Part shown: positions 56,500 through 64,000 of the stretch, piece by piece
Position numbering within the stretch: position 1 is the first letter of the stretch
Layout of the letters: every line of letters begins with the position of its first letter
DNA from: Diplonema japonicum
Lineage: Eukaryota > Protista > Euglenozoa: Diplonemea
DNA: 64,000 bases
Assembly: GCA_964019335.1 (NCBI GenBank)
Contig: OZ025672.1
Span: 558,001-622,000, forward strand
Direction: 5' to 3'
Position numbers and translations under genes: made by a program
The notes under the pieces: generated by a model
The model's database searches: none
The model's input: only the letters and a program-made list of their open reading frames with translations
Told to the model about the DNA's origin: nothing

Positions 56500-56783
56500 T
56501 GTGAGTGTCTATATGACTTTGTGTCTCATCAAGCTGTTGAGTGAAATGAAATATAAGATAACAAGCACCAATGAGAACCACCTAAGGCAGTACTGTTTGC
56601 CGGTTCCAGGTCGGGTATGCCCTAACAAAAAGATTGGCAGCGCCCTTCACAGGCAAACGAACTAAACTCAAAAAGTGTCTTGTCCCAGGAGAGGCTAAGG
56701 GCCGCCTGGTGGTGAGACAGAGGTACTAGCAACACTAGGTGCCGATAATAATAATCTGCTCGGCCGTCTCGACACTGTCATAT

Positions 56784-57761
56784 CTATCTAATGGGGACCC
56801 TGAACGGGGACGTGCGCTGGTTCCTCCCGCTTGTTTCGAAAGCGGCCATCGCAGAAGGCGAGAAGCCAGTCATAGATCTATGCAGTTGCCGCAGGTTTGG
56901 GGACGAAGAGACTCTGCGCCTAGGTGGCGTAGCAGACACAGCCCTCGGGGGTGACGACAGGGAAGGGATAGGGACTGGGTGTGGGGATTGGGATCTCATG
57001 GGTTTTGTGTTGACGGGATGGTCAGTCTCTTTGAGAAGCATCCACCCAGGTGGCTTCACGGCGCCCACTGGAGCTAGCTCGGCGATGGCCTGCAAGGTGT
57101 ATTTACTCTGAAGGTTGCCCCTTGCCTCGTATGTGCTCCCCCTAAGGTGCAGGAGACTCTCTTCAAGGTCGTTCTTTTTGTCTGTTGCGATGTCCAACCT
57201 CTGCCTCAGTACTTTGACGTCATCGCCGTTTACATTACTTCGCAGCAGCATCGCCGAGGCTACTGCTTCGCACTCATTGATCACAGTCTGTACTTCGGTT
57301 AGCCCTTTCGCAAGCTTCGTATGTTCACTTTGTCGCTCGTCCCACTTCTTCTCCATCTCCCGTCCGATCTCTTCCTCTTTCTGTGTAAGCAATTGGTGCA
57401 GCTTTTTGAACTCGGCACTCAGTACATCCACAGCTTTAAGAATAGTCTGCTCTTCCTTGTGAGTGATCTCTTTCAGCTCCCTCTGCAGCACGCTTGAGGT
57501 GCCAAGCTCTCTCCTGCAGTCTTTTGTTATTTGCGTCAACAATGACCAGTCTTCGTCGCCCTCTTGGAGGCATCCTGGGTACAGCTCGCTGGAATACTCC
57601 ACATCGTTATAACTACAGCTTCTCACCACCTCAAGGGAGTGTCCCTTCAAGGCCTCGATTTGGTGGAGTTTGTTGGAGCAAGAAGAACAATAGAGCATCA
57701 TCCCACACTCGGCGCACATCACGTCTCCCTCCTGCGCCTCACACATGTTGCACACGCCCAT
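56784..57761 (-). CDS. B-box zinc finger plus coiled-coil protein
   Basis: CNMC..CAEC..YCSSC..LH...H, followed by a coiled coil. Confidence 0.8.
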   Translation of the reverse strand: MGVCNMCEAQEGDVMCAECGMMLYCSSCSNKLHQIEALKGHSLEVVRSCSYNDVEYSSELYPGCLQEGDEDWSLLTQITKDCRRELGTSSVLQRELKEITHKEEQTILKAVDVLSAEFKKLHQLLTQKEEEIGREMEKKWDERQSEHTKLAKGLTEVQTVINECEAVASAMLLRSNVNGDDVKVLRQRLDIATDKKNDLEESLLHLRGSTYEARGNLQSKYTLQAIAELAPVGAVKPPGWMLLKETDHPVNTKPMRSQSPHPVPIPSLSSPPRAVSATPPRRRVSSSPNLRQLHRSMTGFSPSAMAAFETSGRNQRTSPFRVPIR

Positions 57762-58041
57762 CTTGCCTTTAAGTAGTTATGTCCAATGCCACAAGGTGGA
57801 GCAAGTACTGTACTTAGTCCACAGTTAAAATAAATAATAAAGAAAAGAAAAGACTGAAGACCTAGGTTACCAAGTACTGCCTAGATCACAGTCAAACTCT
57901 TGCCCAAAGCCTCCCAACTAATGGAACATATGAATGAATAAACAACACTTACAGACCGCTGGTGCATCACCATCTGCCTGTTCCACCGTACTAGTGCACT
58001 CATGTGCTTGTTTCGTATCTTCCTATATATTGTCTTGATAT

Positions 58042-58497
58042 TCAGCGGTCTCTGATTGGCCCCTTCAAAAAGGCCCAGCTAACACGAAGGATCTGGTCAT
58101 TCAGCTCGTTCCCGTCGACAGCGCGCATCGCCTGCTTGGCGGATTCCAGGTCCGCGTACTCAATAAGTGCATATCCTGTAATTAAGTAAAGGTAGCCAAC
58201 ACAAACCTTTCACGTAGCACGTGCATCTGTCAAGTGGCAGGTTGATGTTTTTTACTTCTCCGTATTCGTCAAAAAGTGACAGTAGTTCCTCTTCCGTTGC
58301 CTCCTCGTGAACACCTGCCACAAAGAGAATCCACCCTTCCACAGACTTTGCCGGCTCCTGTTGTCAGATGGCGTTGCCTTGTGTGCATACCTCCTCACCT
58401 TCTCCGTCACGTCGCTTCTGCATTCCTCGCGATCGAGCTGTGAGGGGTAGCTAGGCGGTGCGTACATACCGTACTCGTTGTCCGTATCAAAGTCCAT
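58042..58497 (-). CDS. RBM8A: Exon-junction-complex RRM protein Y14 (3 exons)
   Basis: PAKSVEGWILFVAGVHEEATEE, EYGEVKNINLPLDR, KG|YALIEY, VSWAF. Confidence 0.92.
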
Positions 58498-58705
58498 TTT
58501 ACTATATCGCACCTGAAAGAGCTGAAGGGTAAGACAATAAAGATATGAGTAAATAAGAGTAGCACAAAACATGGCCAAGAAAAAGCCTTCATGAACGACA
58601 GAAGTCCGATCTTGGTGTCACAAGCTGTGGATGGCTCAGTCCATCATTGGCCATGTCGTGCCAAGCTACTTGAATAATTACGTGTAAATTGTGTATAAGT
58701 TTAGC

Positions 58706-59126
58706 TCAAGCAAAGGCAGGGTCGTTGCGCACCCGCTGTGGCAACCCGCAGTCATCACAAGCGTACCCAGCTGGCATTACAAGAGAAGGGAACTGCCCAA
58801 CTTTCATGCTGGTGTAAGTGACAGGATACGGCCCCGTGTCAAGGTTCGGTATGTCAGGATGGCTTGCCCAGTCTAGCGACGGCGCTTTGATTCCAGTGTC
58901 TCTAGCATGTGCCTTTAAACCCCCCATGTCTGTTGTGTCGCTGGTACCACAAGCAAGTGCCATTGTAATAATGTTCTGAAAATCGAATACTGCACCTATT
59001 CCAAGACCTAGTCGGTACACGGTACTTGGCTGTAGGCAACGCGAGTAGAAAAAAAGGTTATGTATATTATGAAACTTAGTTGTTTTTTTTAAATAAACTT
59101 CTTTTTTTTTAGGCTGGCCAGACCAT
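58706..59126 (-). CDS. Small hypothetical protein (ATG-only first exon proposed)
   Basis: ORF 58706-59029 is joined in frame to ATG 59124-59126 by a candidate GT-AG intron at 59030-59123. Confidence 0.4.
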
Positions 59127-59281
59127 TCTATCTTCTTTCTTTTTCAAGTGCTTCCTCACCTTTGTACTTAGTCAGGTTATAGGCATGCTGCGCAAGCTGC
59201 GTTGCACAAACGGGCATGCGGAGTTAGTGACAGGTGAACGAAAGCATCAAGGAATCGATTACTAACATTCGATCTATCTAG

Positions 59282-61093
59282 CTATATATGGGGTCGCGCA
59301 AGACCTCGCCGTGAGTTCCCCCTTCCGCACGTGTCTACTGCTTCTCCGGGCGGTGTCCAGTAGGCCAACGAGTGGTACGGGTCCTACCAGAGTTAAGTTG
59401 TGACGCAACATACCGAGTATGCTCTGCCGCACTGCGTATAGGCAAGAGTGTAAAAGTGTCGCTCATCGAGCGTAAGGTATCCTTGGACACCTCGCTTCGT
59501 CGGCCAGTGGGGTGTGGGGAGCAACTGGTTGCTGTTGCATACAAGCATCTCTTCGTTGACATGCTTGCTTCCTGTCGAGTGGAACAATCCTGCAGGCAGC
59601 CTGCCATGCGTCCCTAATGCTGTAAAGTCAATTTTTGTTTTTGTCGTCTTCTTAACAGCGATGAACCCTGCAGTGCCAATATGCACAACAGGGGTATTCT
59701 TGAGCTTTTCAGCAACAAAAGTATGGAACGGTTTAAAGAAAGCAGTCGTAGACGCAACGAAGTATGTAATACTCCCTTCAGGACGCAGAGACAGTACGTG
59801 CTGCGCATGCTCAGGGGTGAAGGAACCATTCACAAATTGCGACTTGAGCTTCGGTTCCGTGGAACGTAAGGTGAGCTGGCATACGAACCTGCACCAGTCA
59901 TCAGGAAGGAAGGGGGAATAGATAAAAATACTTGCGCTTGGATCTACAGGTGAAGGAAGAGGTGTGGATAAGGTCGAGAGCTCTGTCACCAGCGAGTACA
60001 CATGCCACCATCCCCTCTTTTCTTTTTGAGGAATCAAGGTCCGTCCCATACAGTGCTGCGAAAGTACGTGGTGTAGCTTCCATTCTGTTTTACGGTGCCA
60101 GGGTAGCCACTGCCCACCTTGATCAGACTTCTTCTTATCTGGATGGCACATCACAGGCTGCGTTGGCATCTGACACCTTGACTTGCTCATAGACGGACCC
60201 CAAAACTCCTTCGGCAGAACTGTCCACCGCAGACCAGATTGTTTTGTAACTTCATTCAACAGCTCTTCTTGGTCCAGCATCCCTTTTATCCACTTCCCAT
60301 TGCACGTTATTTTGTTATACACAGTCTCAAAGAGACGCAAAGATGCAGCGTTGCATCTGATAGCTGCGATCGAAAACACAAGCGATTTTTTCCTCTTAAC
60401 AAACTCTTTTTTTATCAGTGGGTCGTAGGAGTCCACACCTTGGAAGGCTACATCGTGGCCATCCATGGCCCGCTCGACAAGGTGTGCCCATGGCCTGTAA
60501 AAGACAAGGTCGGTATCGATCACAACTACCAGTTTGTTCCAATTAGCCTTTATGATATTCATTATGAAATTTAGCTTAACAGGGTAGCTCCAACCGAAGG
60601 TCTTCATGTTGGGTTGAACATATAGGCTGTACTGCGGTACGCGAGGCTCGACGAGGCGCAGTGTGTGCTGGAGGAGATAAACGGAGTGGTTTGCAATGTC
60701 ATCGTAGAAGTAGTACACACCCTGTAGCGTGTTGTTCCCCTTTGTGTTCTTGTGCATGGATACAGGTTCCCCTCTCCAAGCGGTATCAGGCACGAATAAC
60801 TCGCTGCTCACTTCTGCCCCCTTTGCCTCGACACTTCGATGAATATACCAATCACGTGATCCAGCAGGCCAGGTTAAATCGGGGAGTTCAATCATTTCCA
60901 GTGGCACATTGACAGCCTCGTCTAAAAGCGGCATACCGCCCAAGGCAACTTGTTTGCTGGCCACAAACACTTTCTGACCCTCCTGCAGTGACAGCCCCGC
61001 ATCTTCCTCATTCGGTGTCAGTATGTTGAAAATACCAGGCACAACACCGCACAATGCGATGATTCCGATCACCCTGAACTTTATTGTGATCAT
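59282..61093 (-). CDS. Type II membrane nucleotide-diphospho-sugar transferase (GT77-like)
   Basis: N-terminal anchor, KLNFI...VVVIDTDLVFYRP (DxD), LDQEELLN, W..LP; short terminal intron. Confidence 0.75.
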
Positions 61094-61230
61094 GTTTGTG
61101 GCATGTGTTCCTGAAGGTGCTCTGACTGATGTTGAGTAGCTTGCAGTTTATCAGGTAGGTTTTTCTATTGATCTACACAATACAAAAAGAGGGGGAGATA
61201 TAATAAGATTTACAATTCTATTTAATTTCC

Positions 61231-61911
61231 TCAAAACTGGCGCTCCCAGGGAACATCTGGGAGAGCATAGCTTCGAAAGGCATGTGTGGATGCAGCGCTA
61301 TCGTGTGAGTATTGGTTTTTCTGCAGTGTAAAGAATGAGTGCTGCCACTGATCACCATGGGGTTGTTCTGTAGGTGCTTCATGGTTCTTGTTGGAAGTGA
61401 CATCTGGCACGTTTCGCTTAGGTGCATGCCTCTGTGCAGACTTGGATCTCTTTTTTGTGTAGAAAGCCCGCCTCATACTGTCCGGGTCATTGTCCCATCC
61501 TACATTACACCTTGAGTTTGACACCCATTTTGGTTTTGTGATGTTTTGTTGTGCATCTTGGCCACGAAACTGCTGCGCCCATTTCCCAACGGACTTGTTA
61601 CTCACCGACCCCCGTCTCACCATGTGCGACATGGTTCCATAGTTTGTTTTAAATTCCCGTGAACTAACCACATCCTCACTTGGCTCAAAGACTGTTGTGC
61701 TTTTCGTATTCTTGTTAGGATGTATTCCTGTCAAACTTCGTCGCTCCCTCTGCTTCACCGGCTTCTTCGGTGTCTGTTCACCATATGCATTGTGTAACCC
61801 ACCAAATGCACTTGGTGCTAACCACAAAGGGCTGCTTTTCTCCTCCTTCAAGGTGTCAGCAACACCTCTAAGTGTTGTATTACCCAAAGCATGTCCCAAG
61901 GTGTCTGTCAT
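61231..61911 (-). CDS. Hypothetical protein
   Basis: 226-aa ORF on the gene strand; the ATG follows TAACAG-GACG. Confidence 0.65.
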   Translation of the reverse strand: MTDTLGHALGNTTLRGVADTLKEEKSSPLWLAPSAFGGLHNAYGEQTPKKPVKQRERRSLTGIHPNKNTKSTTVFEPSEDVVSSREFKTNYGTMSHMVRRGSVSNKSVGKWAQQFRGQDAQQNITKPKWVSNSRCNVGWDNDPDSMRRAFYTKKRSKSAQRHAPKRNVPDVTSNKNHEAPTEQPHGDQWQHSFFTLQKNQYSHDSAASTHAFRSYALPDVPWERQF

Positions 61912-62003
61912 CGTCCTGTTATAGTAGTTATGTTTTGTATGTGAAGTGTAATAGAAAAGGGGGGAAATAACAAATAATATGTACAGGAAGTGCGTGTTTA
62001 TAC

Positions 62004-62071
62004 CAAGGGTGGGTCGTTCCGTTCCCTTCCACCACTCGTCGGAACTTGGCGGAACTGGGAATTCCTTACCT
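62004..62071. mobile_element. Short hAT-like MITE end, copy 1
   Basis: CAAGGGTGGGTCGTTCCGTTCCCTTCC...GAACTTGGCGGAAC.GGGAATTCCTTACCT, repeated at 62577-62683. Confidence 0.5.
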
Positions 62072-62434
62072 ATTTCAGTGATGGGTGAATCCGGTCTGGT
62101 CCGGTGTACCCAATTTACCGGACTGACCGGACTGACTGGACTCGAAAATTTTCTGCAATTTTTGACACACCTGCAAACACTTTTTTTTCAAATATTTTTG
62201 GACAATGATTTTTTTTTTCCTTTTTTTTTTTTTTTTTTTTTTTTCTTCTTCTTCTTCTTTGTACCACAGACATGCACAGCTCCATCAAGCAATTTGCACC
62301 TATCTACTCCAGTGCACTGCAGCTGCAGGTATGTACATATGTCCGGAAATGTTGTATTTGGATGTAACCCGGCTGTGGCGATCGACGTGGAACGCAGAAG
62401 AAGCTACAACCCAGCCGTGGTGAGAGATATATGA

Positions 62435-63771
62435 GTTAAAGGACCTGCACAAGACTACTTGATTACAGGGGGTACTACACCACAGCTTCTTCTGCGTTCC
62501 GTGTCGTGTTCTTAATGTGTGCGGTGTTCAGCTCAACCCCAGCCGGGGCGTCCCGGGTAACCAGATTCTGCTCATGCAGGGGTGGGTCGTTCCGTTCCCT
62601 TCCGCCAAACTGAAAAGTCGGAGCTTGGTGGAACGGCGGAACCAGTGGAACCAGAACTTGGCGGAACAGGGAATTCCTTACCTTTTTTTTTTTTTTTTCC
62701 TCTTTGCATCATCAAGGTTGAAAGTGGTGACTATATCACCACAACACTGACAGCACAATATTCCATGTCGTGTCCTTAATGTGTGCAGTGTGCAGCTCAA
62801 CACCAGAGCATCTGCAATACATTCCTCCACTTGGGCGCTACCAGTGATGACCGACGTGGAGGTCAACAGTGAACAACACATCTGATGTACTTCTTATATT
62901 TCCATATTTCTGTAATCCCCACCACCAAATAACATGAAAGAGGTAAAGGAGACCAGTGACAGGGGGTGCACCTCGGCCGCTTCTGCATTCCATATTGTGT
63001 CCTTAATGCATGTGGTGTGCAGCTCAACCCCAGCTGGTGCCCTAAGTAGTTTACTCACCCTGAGCATCTGCAATTTGTTCTTCCACTCAGGGTGCTACAG
63101 GTGATGACTGGCCAAGTGGATGGAGGAAAATGCCTGTTTGTCGTGTTGGTGGCACCTGCACAAGAACTGTTAACTTGATACAGGGGGGGGGGGGGGGGGG
63201 GGGCACTGCAGTTGTAGCTTCTTCTGTGTTCTGCATTGTGTCCTTAATGTGTGCAGTGTGCAGCCAGAGCAACACAACCCAGGGCAACCAACATTCTGTA
63301 CTCATGCAGTTTGCTGCCAATTCATCACCCTGAGCATCTGCATTATTTTCTCCCACTTGGGTGCTACTGGTGATGACTGACATGGAGGTCAACAGCAAAC
63401 AACACATCTGATGTATTCTTATATTTCCATGTTATCTCCACCACCTGAATAATATATATATGAGTTAAAAGAAGCTGGTGTTGGTGGCACCCTGCACAAG
63501 AACTGTCTACTTGATTACAGGGGGCACACCACAACCGAGTTGTAGCTTCTTCTGCATTCTGTGTCATGTCTTTAATGTGTGTGGTGTACAGCTCAACCCC
63601 AGCCAGAGTGTCCCAGGTAACCAAGATTTGGCACTTGTGCAGTTTGCTGCCTGTTTGTCACCCTGAGCATCTGCATTATGTTCTTCCACTCAGGAGCTAC
63701 TGGTGATGACCAATGAGGAGGTCAACAGTGAACAACACATCTGATGTTTTTTCATGCTATCCCCACCACCT
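62435..63771. repeat. Diverged ~300-bp tandem repeat array (about 5 partial or full copies)
   Basis: Recurring blocks CCTGCACAAGA..TACTTGATTACAGGGGG, GCTTCTTCTGC, TTAATGTGTG..GTGT.CAGCTCAACCCCAGC, GAGCATCTGCA, GGAGGTCAACAG..AACAACACATCTGATGT. Confidence 0.85.
62577..62683. mobile_element. Short hAT-like MITE end, copy 2, inserted in a repeat unit
   Basis: CAGGGGTGGGTCGTTCCGTTCCCTTCC interrupts the repeat unit at CTCATGCAG. Confidence 0.5.
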
Positions 63772-64000
63772 GAAAAAGAAGATAAAAGTTTTTTTTCTTC
63801 GTTTCTTGTTGTTGTCATCTCTCAGTACCTGTGTAACATCTTTTCTTGTAGACATCTGTTAATTTGAACTCTGCAAAAAAAAAGGGGGATGTGGTGTTGT
63901 GGTTGTATCTTGTCCAGTCTGGTCCAGTTTAGTCTGGTCAGTCTGGTCAGTTGGCATAATTGGGTTGAAATTCACACCAGATCCAGTCCAGTCTGGTCTA

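Noticed and set aside
1068-61911. Non-canonical introns or an alternative genetic code
   Set aside because: Every intron I resolved is GT-AG, and TAA, TAG and TGA all terminate genes.
27548-61924. Long plus-strand ORFs (e.g. 29597-30505, 47076-47861)
   Set aside because: They are antisense shadows of minus-strand genes with no recognisable motifs.
62435-63771. CRISPR-like or coding interpretation of the repeat array
   Set aside because: Units are ~300 bp and diverged, with no unique spacers and no consistent frame; the context is eukaryotic.

Overview
Eukaryotic nuclear DNA, most likely a euglenozoan (diplonemid-like). This is inferred from a single-strand gene array, short GT-AG introns, AG acceptor-like signals just before start codons, and euglenozoan-type domains. 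About 33 protein-coding genes lie head-to-tail on the minus strand. Spacers in 1-11.7 kb and 22.3-27.4 kb are long and rich in homopolymers, while 27.4-61.9 kb is very compact. Notable items: (1) an intronless uracil-DNA-glycosylase / ADP-ribosyltransferase fusion with an altered UDG active site; (2) a second, degenerate ART-fold protein with SAM and helical-repeat regions; (3) three junctions where the upstream ORF has no stop before the next gene's putative acceptor, suggesting stops made by polyadenylation or overlapping gene ends; (4) a divergent histone cluster (H3 and H4 pseudogenes, intact H2B variant); (5) a 131-nt structured RNA candidate; (6) a collapsed LINE relic and MITE-like repeats. 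Intron and start coordinates were read by eye, and no database searches were run.
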